Position numbers and translations under genes: made by a program
The notes under the pieces: generated by a model
Databases searched by the model: none
The model's input: the letters and a program-made list of their open reading frames with translations, nothing else
What the model was told of the DNA's origin: nothing
Shown: positions 11,601-23,389 of the stretch, in pieces
Position numbering within the stretch: the first letter of the stretch is position 1
Layout: every line of letters starts with the position of its first letter
NCBI GenBank assembly: GCA_965644295.1
Contig: CBFFRP010000436.1
Location: 25,160-89,159, forward strand
Direction: 5' to 3'
Length of the DNA: 64,000 nucleotides
Source: Paraphysomonas bandaiensis
Lineage: Eukaryota > Protista > Chrysophyceae

Positions 11601-14600
11601 AAACCAGGGGATTTTTTAGTTTAGGTTGTGTAATTCATTTTACATAGTTCTTCTAGTTTCGCTAAACCCAAAAACTCACACACATCTATGTAAAACTAAA
11701 GGCTGGAATTTTGGGAGTTGTGTAAAATAATTTACACGAGAAAAAATTATTCTCTATTGTAGTGTGTGTGAGTTTTTGGGTTTAGCGAAACTAGAAGAAC
11801 TATGTAAAATGAATTACACAACCTAAACTAAAAAATCCCCTGTTTTTTCACTCAAATATGTCACAAAACTACACATTTTCAAGATAATAATCGGCATATT
11901 GTACACAGAATCCAGAGACAGATGTCTGTTAGCTTCACATAAAGGATACGATGCGATACTTTTACAGTAATAAGAGGAACGCATGCTGATATGATCATAA
12001 CCTCACTGGGAATACATGAGCTCATAGTTCTTTCATGCCACATGCTGCTGGTTGTTGATTCAGCTGGTGAAAGGTATGGTTAAGTGGCATTCATACAGGA
12101 GAGTTGGTCTATTTCAAAGACAGAGATAGCAGAGTTGATTTCATGACCATAACACCAGAGGGCTCTCAGGTAATACGATCGGATGATATTGTAATATATT
12201 CAATTTAGTGGTTCGAAACAGAGCATATGAATATACTCATACTGCAGAGCTGATCATCAGAGAGACTCACATAAGAATAACTCCACTTGAGTGTCATTCT
12301 CCTCTCTGATTTGAAGGTAAATACTACTATGATTGTATCATTTATAGATACTTTCTCATAGTGTCCTGTGCGTATTGATGTATATAAAGATACTGTGTTG
12401 GAGCATGTCAATCATTGTTGACGTGCAGCATACTCTGCGGAGCCGTATGAACTCGATTGTCCTGTAACACCAGAGGAGTCTTAGGGTAACGTTCTTGAAT
12501 TATGTTGTGAAAATATTTAATTTAGAAATTTTGATTCTATGATACAGAGCATATGACGAAAATGACACTTCAGAGTTCGATAATGGAGAGACCCACGCAA
12601 GAATAACTTCAATTGTCAATTGAGTATGTATATACTAATATGAATGTAAGATATATTACTTTCTCACTGTGCCCTATACGTATTGATGTAAATAAGGACG
12701 GTGTATTGAAACATGTCAATCATTGTCACCTAGATATAGGGTGCTTTGTATCTTGATATTTACCATCTATCTTAAATAGAATATTAGTGCTACCTGTAAC
12801 ACTCTGCAGAGGATGAATACGCCAGCCTATTAGTAGAATATTATGTTGACATTACCATGATACCTGGTAATCGTAGGTAGTATATATTGATTATTCATAA
12901 TAAGATGCAATTTCTTCACTCTGGAAGTTGCTTGTAAATAGTATTGTAATTGTAGACTTATCCATAGTTGTTGATTTATGATTTATTGCTATTATGGAAG
13001 AAGCGCCTAAGAAAGACGTTCTAAGTTAAGTGCAGCTATTGCAGTACTAAGAATGCTGTTGGAAGAAAATGATCCACTAATGGCTGGTTACCCCAATGAG
13101 GAGTATGTCAGGAGCGTTGGACTTATGGTTGGATTAAATGATGCCAATATCGACATATCGACATATGATATTGCACTAATACACGTGCCTAATCGCCTCC
13201 CTATAGGTGGTATCTATAACCTCTACATTTCCTACTGATAAGTATCCCTATTTATATTAAAATGTACCTACAGGCACTGCCTACATGTATCAATACTACC
13301 TATAGGTACTACCTAAAAATATAATACCAATACGACCTAGAGGTACTATAATTAACAACAATAAACACAGTATAATATATATATTGCAAAGTAGGAAATA
13401 ATATAAAAACCAGCAATATTGCAGATCTGTATCAATTATGAAAAGACAAAGCATGTATTCAATTAAAATAAGATGGTATTCGCATTAACATCTTACGAAG
13501 TAAAAATTAACGGCAATTACTACTTAGAACCTACTAATATACATACCACGAGAAATCTGAACCAAAGTGTAAACTAGCTCCCAATCACCTGCTAAGAAGC
13601 AGAAGCATTGTGCACTTCAGATGTCTTCACCGCCAATCTGAGTTCAGTTAGCTTCCAAGGTAATGATAACATTTGTTCGTCCAAGCCATCTTACACCGAT
13701 CTTACACCGAGATAACTTCTCGGGTACGATACTGATACAGAGGTGTATATATAGGAAATAATTTACCCAAAATATTATTTCTATTAATTGCATGCATTAA
13801 TAATACTAACATGAACGCTGCCCCCCATTGATGGATATTGAAGATGCTAACGGTCACATTACTTGAATCCATGAATTATCGGGAGAACTTCACATGATGC
13901 ACACTGAGCATGCATTCTGCAAAATAACGATTCAAGCAGTATTTTATCCTCTTGTAAGGGCCCTCTTCCACTTCACTGTCTCTTCTGATGGCAATAACCA
14001 CACACATGACTCAGTTGTCTCAAGCGGATAAAAGTCATCATACTGGTCTTGAACAGCATGAATCTTGCAGTACAGTGAAGTCATGTCAGTCCATTAACGA
14101 CTCCATCAATCGTCCTTTGTTTTAATCTGCAGGTTGGGTCATAATTTCTCCCCACAATAGACTGTCTGTGTGTCTATGTATGGTCACATGACCCTCACAT
14201 CTAACACACTCCTGCCAGTATACCAGCAACCGTATATACAAAATACATACTCTAATAATACGTAATTTACACAATTTTACATAGTTTCGACCGTTTAGAA
14301 AAATGGTCCAAAGTGTGTAATTTTCGTGTAATTGTATATGGGGAGCAAAATACAGAACGGTATACTGTACTCTGTAGTCATATCATGTAAGGGTATAGAG
14401 AGCGATGTTGATGGCATATATATACTATATGGGGGTTACCATAGCAATAGAATTCATCATTAACGCTGTATAAAAATATATTTTGGGTAAACTGTACAGT
14501 ATATAAATCACGTGTATCAGTACCATACAGCAGAAGTTATCTCGGTGTAAGATCGGTACTTCTTATATGCCACATACCGCAGAGTGACTGCTGAGTAAGT

Positions 14601-14710
14601 GTTCTGGATTGAGAGTTCATGTAGTGCTCTTAGGGTGTAATGCGCAGGTAACCAACACTGGCCAACGGTGGTGCCCCATTCAGAGCTAGACTTCCATCGA
14701 CTCGCCAGGT
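8680..14710. repeat. Large imperfect inverted repeat (~3 kb arms, ~77-bp spacer at 11685-11761)
   Basis: 8700-8850 is the reverse complement of 14535-14700, 9130-10020 of 13295-14255, and 10890-11684 of 11762-12420 plus 12710-12860. Arms differ by substitutions and indels. Confidence 0.93.
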
Positions 14711-15045
14711 ATTGTGGATAAACAAGATTACACGTAACCTCATGATTATAAACTTCTGACAAAAACTCCTGCGACTACGCTGGAAATCATCCTTCATTAT
14801 GAGTGTTATATATATTACGTACTTGCAGTAGCGCGTACTTTTTACTACTGACAAGATGTTATTGTGTTTCCTAGTGACCATTGTTATGAATATGTTGCAT
14901 GAAATGTTGCATGAATTGCACAATTAATTCTGACAAGATTATTAGTAATCTACTGAAATGTTTACAGTAGTTCAATAATAATGTTGTCAGTATTATTTCT
15001 TCTTCCTTCATTACGCTTTTTCTCGTTTATATGTATGTGCTTCTT

Positions 15046-16026
15046 CTATTCTTTTATGCATGTAATAATAATAATCAAAATATTGTAATATCTTTTGTTT
15101 TGGTCTTTGCCATCAAACAATCGAATATTGTTTGAGTCATCCCGGCGCTTGCACCAACTATATACAGCTAAATGAAGTGCTATACAGATCGCAGGGTTAA
15201 ATGGGTTCGCGTAAAGACGCTTTACATCGCTCGTGCTCTCACCGGCTTGATCAGCTTTAGTTGTACAAAATGCAGTTTGCAGAGCATCATTAGGCCAATC
15301 CATTTGAGCCATGTTGATGTCATCAATATTATCCGACCGTCCGATTGTACCCACAGATAACTTAGTGAATAGGCCAGCAAACAGTCCCTCATTCCAAGTT
15401 ACCTTGTTGCCATCAGGTCTCATCATGCAGAAATGTTTGCATAATGCTACATAACCATCCAGATTAAAAGCACTCTTCCCTTCTTTAGGATTCATAATAC
15501 CTCTTCTTTTCTTGGCACCTATATCACGTTTGTATGCAGCAATAGCAGTTTTGCATGCTAGGTCAACCTTCGGTGGCCAAGGGTGCCCAATTTTGTCCAT
15601 GGCCGGACAGTCATACTCATGCCACCACCGCAATGCAGATTTGTAATTCTGGTAAGTTTGGGCTGATACTGTCACAAGGTTTTTTCCTGGGTTTAACAGA
15701 TCTTCTTCTACTTCTTGACAGTCATCTATCTCTGTTCTTACTTTCCGCTTTCTGGGAAGTGTCGGATCGACTGATATTGCAGCAAAGAGAACTTCTGCTG
15801 TATGTTCTGCTATAGGTAATTTAAGTTTACAAAGTTTGCGTGCTTGTCCTGTATGCATTAGGGCCAACCCATCATCATCTGTTTCAATTGAGTCCAGTCG
15901 TATATATGAGTCGTTTAGTATTCGAGTCAGTGTGGACATTCTAGATAAATATCCTTTTTTGGACTCTTCCAATACATTCCTCTCCTTTTGTCCTTGAATC
16001 ACTAGGTGTATTGCTGCAGGATCCAT
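15046..16026 (-). mobile_element. Crypton-type (CryptonS-like) tyrosine recombinase, 3' truncated
   Basis: TYQNYKSAL, YKR.I...KR.G.M..KEGK..F...GY..L, catalytic-Arg region GRSDNI, W.NDAL...F..TK.DQ.G and LYANPFNP.IC.ALHLAVY match stramenopile Crypton recombinases. The H-x-x-R/Y region is missing. Confidence 0.82.
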
Positions 16027-16228
16027 TTTGTCTATAGGTAATACTCTCAGTTCTATAGCAGATTATTCTACGAAATATTAGCCTCTTAAGATATCATAAT
16101 ATATCCTTTTGGTTCAACGAACAAATCAACTGTTCATCACTGTAACATAAAATCAAGGCTTTTTTAAGCAAAAAAAACAATTTTGTGAATTGGGTGCCTT
16201 CAAAAATAGGTTAAAAATCTGTTTACTC

Positions 16229-16330
16229 CTGTGTAATTAGAATTACACAGATCTGTTTGTTTCGAAAAATCTCAAAATCGCTGTTGTTTGTGTGGGTGAT
16301 GTTTTCCTCCTGTGTAATTAGAATTACACA
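16229..16330. repeat. Two copies of dyad TGTGTAATT-AG-AATTACACA upstream of the Crypton ORF
   Basis: Directly visible at 16229-16250 and 16311-16330. Confidence 0.85.
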
Positions 16331-16632
16331 ATCCAATAAAAACTGGGGTTTCCAATTACACACTTCGGTGGGTTTTTAGTGTTTTGTCGCATGTTTTTGT
16401 ATAAGACGCCCTTACTACAGAACTCGTCAGAGGAAATTATGCTTGTATCCTACAGCCACACCACAGAAGCATAATAAAACACCATACACTTCTTTGTGCC
16501 CTATGTATATCTTATACAGTCACATCAAGTACTAAACTGAAAATAACATCCTCTATCTTGTGTCTGATTTCTCTTCGCAGCATCTCATCAATACAAGAAA
16601 CAAACATCCATCTACTGAACAATGCGAGCCGA

Positions 16633-18291
16633 ATGATGAAGCTCAGGACCACCTCGTGCAGTACGCTGGCATTAGCTTGTCGACGCAATAAGTCTTGTCG
16701 ATTTCTTTCCATTGACACCAACCTCATCGTGGACAAAAGTATGTTCTCACACTTTAGATCGAAACCAGACAAGAACGAGACCGATTTCCTCGAGAGCTTG
16801 GCGAACTGTCGAGTTGAAGCCATTGGGGATGGCATCGATGTGATTCGTATTAACAACAAGTTGGGAGTGCCATGGGAATGCTTGGGCCCACAGAAGTTGT
16901 TTGTAAGGGAGTTTTATCCTGACTTGTTGAGAGAAATAAGGAAACATAAGAGAAGTGTTCTCATTGGAAACCCTGGAATTGGCAAATCCTTTTTCCAGTA
17001 TTATTACCTGGCTCGAATACTGAATCCGTCTTTGTTCGGGCCCCTTCCTCCTGACTGTGACGGCTCCACCACCCCGCCGAAGATAGTCATCCGCCAGGAG
17101 GGCACTTCTACCATGACAATATTCGACATTGCCAATCGCCAAGCAGAGAGAGTTGATGGTTGTCCAGGTACACTTCTGGACTGTTTTGATCCAGAAACGT
17201 CATTATATTTGATGGAACCTGGTAAAGCTGTGGAGGAACCATTTTTTGCAAGACTTCGCTTTCCCACTTTGGCCACCGTACCTCCGAATCCGGCCCGATA
17301 TAAGCAATTCTGCAAGCACGGAGGAATAGCACTGTACATGCCTGTTTTCACTCTTCGGGAGTTACTTGCGATTGGGAAGTATTTGCTGGAGAACGAGCAT
17401 GTGCCGGAGTTGCTGCAGCCTGAGTATTCTTCTGAGCAGATCACGAAGCGCTTTCACCAATTTGGGGGTATTTTCCGCCATGTGCTGCCGGTATCTCTCG
17501 CTTATCTTGATATGTGTCGACGTAGTCAGTCCAAGGCAATAGGTTCGTGTAATGCACGTGCACTCCTGGTCTCCGGCGATATTGAGGATGCGGACGTCAG
17601 TCATTTCATCATGCAATATGACGTGGAGAGGGATGGCGAATTCCCCTTTTGCGAATATCGTTTGAACTTTGTGAACGAGTCCGTCGCATCTCAAGTTCAA
17701 GATAAGCTTAACAAGGGCTCTCTGAGCGACAGGAGATCAGCGCTGATTCGAAATGACATGATAGGATTTATGGCGGATGCATCTGCTAAGATCTATGAAA
17801 GTGTCATTGCGGATCAATTGACATCTGGCGTGCGATGGAGAAAACGGGAAGTGATCGCCAGCTCAGAGGGGAAAGTAAGTGAATGGTCCAATTTCTCGTT
17901 GAGGTTGAATGAAGCGATTAAGGGGCACCCTCCTCCGTTCGAGAAAATGCGGCCACTGGTGCTGTACGTGCCTTCGAATCCGACCTTTCCATTGGTTGAA
18001 TACATGTACAAGACGGAGCAGGGGGAATTGGTTATGTTTCAGGTCACCAGAAACAAGTCTGCAAAGAAGATTATCAAGGGGAGTGCTTTGGAGCAGTTAT
18101 TGGACAAGATTAAACTTCCCGTCGACAAGGTATCGCTGCTGAGGTTAGTTCTCATCCCATTGCCGTCGCTGGCACAAAGCGCACGATTCGAAGTAGCCGA
18201 GGAGGACAAGATCCTAATGAATGCGGCGCTGGAAAATGGTTATGAAGTCTGGCATATTCCCAGTGATTATTTGAGCTATTTCGCGGAATGA
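16633..18291 (+). CDS. Crinkler/RHS-type protein (P-loop NTPase + PD-(D/E)xK-like REase domain), copy 1
   Basis: LFVREFY...VLIGNPGIGKSFFQYYYL (Walker A), LYMPVFTL.EL, RF..FGG..R.V, and C-terminal LYVPSNPTFPLVE...FQVT. Intronless. Confidence 0.8.
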   Translation: MMKLRTTSCSTLALACRRNKSCRFLSIDTNLIVDKSMFSHFRSKPDKNETDFLESLANCRVEAIGDGIDVIRINNKLGVPWECLGPQKLFVREFYPDLLREIRKHKRSVLIGNPGIGKSFFQYYYLARILNPSLFGPLPPDCDGSTTPPKIVIRQEGTSTMTIFDIANRQAERVDGCPGTLLDCFDPETSLYLMEPGKAVEEPFFARLRFPTLATVPPNPARYKQFCKHGGIALYMPVFTLRELLAIGKYLLENEHVPELLQPEYSSEQITKRFHQFGGIFRHVLPVSLAYLDMCRRSQSKAIGSCNARALLVSGDIEDADVSHFIMQYDVERDGEFPFCEYRLNFVNESVASQVQDKLNKGSLSDRRSALIRNDMIGFMADASAKIYESVIADQLTSGVRWRKREVIASSEGKVSEWSNFSLRLNEAIKGHPPPFEKMRPLVLYVPSNPTFPLVEYMYKTEQGELVMFQVTRNKSAKKIIKGSALEQLLDKIKLPVDKVSLLRLVLIPLPSLAQSARFEVAEEDKILMNAALENGYEVWHIPSDYLSYFAE

Positions 18292-20591
18292 GAAGGAACT
18301 ATAGCAGTATTTTAGTGACAGTGACTTTAAGTCTTGTGCCATCATCATCACAGCAAGTGCGCCTGCCTGCCTGCGGCTGAGGGGTCCACAGTGACCTGTG
18401 TATGTGTATCTCATATCTATCATGCTAGTGACGTTGTCTACTTATTACTGTCATACATAAGAATAGCAAGTTATATTATATGGTATACACAACTCTTGTG
18501 AGTCAACTAATAAGCAACTTTGTACCACGCACTAGCTACTTCTCTCATGCATACATAATAGGTATTATCCGGAATCCGCCCGGACCCTTAATATCAAATA
18601 ATCTCCCTTCTGCCCCCTGCTTTTTGCTTTTAATAGCGATGCGTTGTTTGGCGCTTAGAGGTACGAGGGTTTTAAGTGCTTAAACCCAAGGTTGCTTTAA
18701 TCTGCCTTGCATTGTAGCCCGCTTATTAGCCTAGTTTTACTAATTACTAATAATAAAGAGAAGGCACTGTGACTCTGTAATCTGTAACTCCCCATCCAGA
18801 GGACAAATAAAATTATACTGTGCGCATGCTCACTGCTACAAACAATCCACAGGGAACTCATCGAGGATGAAATACGCATTTTGACGCGCGTGCGGGGTTT
18901 TCCCAGCCTGAGCTCTGAGATAGAGTCGGCGCGTCATCAATATATTGCAATCATATTTAATCACTGTATATTATATTATGGTAAAATAATAAATAGACCT
19001 ACTTTGATAAATATCCATGACTATTAATATCATAACATGCTCAATATCGTAACAATACATGTATCCTAATAACAATAAGGCATCGATATCATATAGATAC
19101 GCATCATCTCTGCCTTATCCCATCCATCCTTTTCTTCACCTAGATTTACTCAATCCATATATACATCATATCATGTTTACCTACAAGTAAAGTCATCACA
19201 TCATAAAACATATCTACCTACCACCGCAAGGATTATAGCATAACATTTCTATTCGCTTACAAAAACGACATGTCTAATGTATTTCATCATCACCCCAAGA
19301 TTATCACCCATATATGCATTCTCATATATCACAGTATATATCGTCCACACACTCAATATCATAGATAGCATATAGTCACACATCTGACATCTCAATGCAC
19401 CTCATCTAGCCATTAGACAGTGCTAATGACCACTATAGCATAATATCAATACACCCATAATAAGCATTCATACAAACATATACAGCACACATAGTCATTC
19501 CCAGATACATTGGTTCTTATCAGAACTCAGCAATGCACATAGGATATAATAGTGCCAATATACACAATAATAGTCAATACTTATAGCTAACAAAAGACAG
19601 CTGCAGAAAGACACCATTTCGAATGTTACTATTTCTATGTGTGTATGTAGGATGTAGAAAACATGAAATAGAATGGTTGTGCATGTTCTGTGATATTAAT
19701 TACTACTACGATACATCATGCTGGGTACTGAATCCTAGTATTCTAGTATTATTACATCTTGAAAAGTTGCATCTCATTCCAATTTAGTCCACCCACGATT
19801 TCCTATATTATATATTTAATTATATTATATATATGCGCCTTTAGTTCTCATCCTTCGAACTCATCACACTAGCTGCTCTTCTTGCTTATATCTATATTAT
19901 TATTAGAGCTAGCTATAAAGCAATTTTGATAAATATCTTGAGGCGCACCTGTCTAGCTAGCTCTCACTTTTTTGTTGGTGTGCAATGAAATAATGGCCAT
20001 TGTGCGACGCCTTTCTGGCTTATTAAATAGTATTACTCCGGCAGCTTATGTAATTAATTTAGGTAGGAGCCCTGCGTCCTCAGGATGGCTATTGATCACT
20101 ATATGCAGAGCGAGCAGTGGGATACATTAACCACTACTGAGACTCTATATTCGACTTACTACTGCAGACAAAGTGTTTGGAGAGGTGAGAGGGTGTGGGG
20201 GGATCACGTATCATCTCTGTGGCTTGGATTCTGTGCCGGTCAGCATTCGACCGAAAAATATGGGATCCCACACAGTGCATATCAGGTCATACATTCACCA
20301 GAAATTTGGATGGTGCCTATAAGTAATATATATGATGCCATATCGATGGATGGAGGGCATTGATAGGCCATATCAACCAATTTGATTAGATTTATGTCCA
20401 AGTAGTCATAAAGTGTTACACTTCATTCATGGAGGTCATGAAGTGTAACACTTCGTCATTAGAATTGACCTGGCAATAGACTCTGCTGTAGTTATAAAAA
20501 GTAGAAATTGTACCTTGGGAATATCATAAGTCAGCTTCAATGATAGAAAGTACATTACAAATGAACACTCAAGCAATAGAAATAAAGTGGA

Positions 20592-22640
20592 GTGGAACTC
20601 ACAGATGAGGAACTCTTTGGATGTATGCCGGAGCGCCTTCGTCCATTGCCGCACAAGACTCGAGGAAAAAGGATATATAAGTATCAGAATCTTACCGGAA
20701 AGAAGCTCACGATGGAGGAAAAACTATGGCTACTTAAAGAGGTGGACTTTCAGTTTGGCGACAGACCAGGTCAAAATAGAACCAAGAAAGGGCTAGTTCG
20801 ACGATACAGTTTGTATAAGAAGTTCTTCGCTCGAAATTGGAAGACGTATAAAGAATATCAGGTAGCCAAGAATCGAGGTCGCTGGCAGGCTGCTTCGAAA
20901 CCAGATCAATTAAGTAGAGTTAAATCGGCTTTAGCGATCGCCTGAAATAATGCAGATGAAACCTCATATGACCAATTGTGGAAACTTATAAGTACTGAAG
21001 CAGTCGGAGATAAAAGGAAGAGAGGCATAGTTGAACCAGAAAATGAAGGAAAATTAGTTGGCCACGCTACGACGCTGAACTTCATAAAATCTCACAAATT
21101 AACTGTTGGAAACAGACAGCCCATACAAGACCATAGGTTAAAAGCATGCAAGTGTCCACTTATGTCTTATGTGTGGTACCTGATATGTTATACCCTCTCG
21201 GCATTCTTGGAACCATGTTGCAAATGGAACGCAGATGCGTGCACATTTGTATTTGATTTAACTACTTCATCCGGCAAGTACAAAAATAAAACAGTTCGAC
21301 TGCTATATGAGGACGAATATGAATGTTTGCCTGGCGATGTAATTCAAATGAAAAATACACAGAGAGGAAAAAAGAAATCAGACAATTCTAATAAGACTTC
21401 CTTCGCCATCAAGGTAATGCAGATGATAAATGCAGCAGGTGACAATTCGTGCTTTGTTGGGATACTCGCTATCAAAAATATGCCCCCAGATACGTTTCAC
21501 GTTGAAGAAGTTGCAGGTTTAAGTCTGTCCACTCATGTTGGTGCTAGAGGCCTTGTCTATTTTTCAAGGACACGATGTGGCACCAAAGCAATGTGGAAGA
21601 ACTATTTTTTTCGTGTTGTTAAAAACCAACAATTGAAGTTGCCAGAAATACGCATGATCCTCGCAATCCAGACGGTTCACCAATGAGGAATTTCTTCAGC
21701 ACCGATGAGGAAAGACATCATTATCTCGAGGGCTTACGAAGACGATGTACGAACTATGTTTGAAGAAATTCTTACAGACTATGGTCGGGTTGGTGCAGGC
21801 ACAACGGGAATTCATAATGCCTGCGATCGTCAGCTCACCTATCCGGAAGTCAAAAAATTAGTTCGCAAGCAGTTACTAGATAACAGCTCATGGAGAAATC
21901 AATTCAAAAAGCATTTGATAGTATGAGCCAGACTTTTCCATCTGTTGACTTTGGTAAAGCCTTAAAGGATAAGTACACTCTCGGGTTGAGCATTTTGGTT
22001 GATTGTTTCGACAAAGTAATGAACCGCGAGATGGTTATAAGAGGATTCACTTGCTGTGGCCAAGACGCTGTGCCGGATGAAAGCGGTGTAACTATTGACA
22101 CTTTGCGAAGATGATGTACCAGTGTTATTCAGACATATCGGGTGAACAATTAAAACACATGTATGACTTAACCCCAATGCTTAGCGAGTACATTAGACTT
22201 CGTGGACGCGTAACACATAGCGAGTTGGTTGAGGGGGGTATTAAATCTGGTACCACCACCATTAACCGTGATGATCTCACGCATGTTCGGCATTGGTCAG
22301 AATTGTTAATCACGAAGAAGTGGTTGAAAGATACAAGGCCGAGATGGCTGCTAGAGATCCCGCGGTCATCAGAAAGAGACGGGCCGAGAAAACGCTTCGC
22401 AAGGAAGCTGCAAGACAGCAACAGCTTTCTGATAAGGCGGAAAGGGTAAGAATTAAGAAAGCAGAAAATGTTCTGAGAAAGGAAGCAGAGCGACAAAGGA
22501 AAGAATCATAAACTTTGGAGAAAAGAAAAGCTGAGTCTCAATCCAAGCGCGGCGCTGCTATTATCGAGAAAAATATTAAAGAACAAATTAGACTGATGGA
22601 AATTGAAGATGCTTTTATCAGTTCTAGCTGATTATGAAAC
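20592..22640 (+). pseudogene. pogo/Tigger-like (Tc1-mariner superfamily) DDE transposase pseudogene
   Basis: Consecutive ORF pieces separated by a TGA (20943) and frameshifts. WNADAC resembles WNADET, FFSTD supplies the second D, and GTTGIHNACD resembles NTT..QPLD. Confidence 0.65.
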
Positions 22641-22714
22641 AAGATGTACTCGTACTTAAGAGGAATGGCTGATGGGGTGGAAGATATTCGATTCACTGTA
22701 TCGGCAGTCAGCAT

Positions 22715-22852
22715 CTCATTTTGCGGAAATAAATTGAAAGAAAATTCTTCTATATTACTGAACAATAACTACGGCTGGAATACAGATAATTATTGTCTCA
22801 ATATTAGAGGCATCTTGGAACAAAAATAAACGAAGGATGCCGATACTTGTAT
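22715..22852 (-). repeat. ~135-bp terminal-repeat arm (right end of the pogo-like element)
   Basis: Reverse complement of the arm GTATCGGCATCC...GATGCCTCTAATATTGAGACAATAATTATCTGTATTCCAGCCGTAG, also seen at 23161, 26934, 62740 and 63120. Confidence 0.8.
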
Positions 22853-22857
22853 GCTAT

Positions 22858-22953
22858 TGGAGGACTTCCAAAAATGCAACATCCGAAAAAACAAAAAGGT
22901 GGAGCAAAAACAAAAAAATCCAGTGCGGATGTTGCATTTTTGGAAGTCCTCCA
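22858..22953. repeat. Miniature inverted-repeat element (28-bp perfect arms, 40-bp A-rich spacer)
   Basis: TGGAGGACTTCCAAAAATGCAACATCCG ... CGGATGTTGCATTTTTGGAAGTCCTCCA; possible ATT target duplication. Confidence 0.8.
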
Positions 22954-23160
22954 TTGCTCGCACATATTCCCAACTAGAATTATCTAATTTTTGCATAGGA
23001 AATTGATTTTTATAGCTAAATAATAGAGAATTGATTTCTAGATTCCAATTTCCAACATTTTAATTGTAAAGGCTAATAATAGGCATAGTTTGAATATACA
23101 GGTATAATCGTGTATATCTATCCCGTATACAACGTAATACGTACCTTTTCATACTTTTCA

Positions 23161-23295
23161 CCGTATCGGCATCATCTATCTGTATATGCCTATCTGTATA
23201 TTGAGACAACAATTATCTGTATTCCAGCCGTAGTTATATATCAGTAATATAGAAGCTTTTTGCTTCAATATACTCCCGAAAAAATAAGATGCTGA
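23161..23295 (+). repeat. ~135-bp terminal-repeat arm (left-end orientation) directly upstream of CR gene copy 2
   Basis: CCGTATCGGCATC...TATTGAGACAACAATTATCTGTATTCCAGCCGTAG...CCGAAAAATAAGATGC. Confidence 0.8.
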
Positions 23296-23389
23296 CTGCC
23301 GATCGATACGACGGACCACAACAACATTTTTATGTTCCATCTCATCAATAGCAGAAACAAACATCCATCTACTGAACAATGCGAGCCGA

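Noticed and set aside
8680-14710. Palindrome as a pure MDA or long-read fold-back artefact
   Set aside because: Arms differ by many substitutions, large indels and a strongly diverged internal segment, which a fold-back copy would not show.
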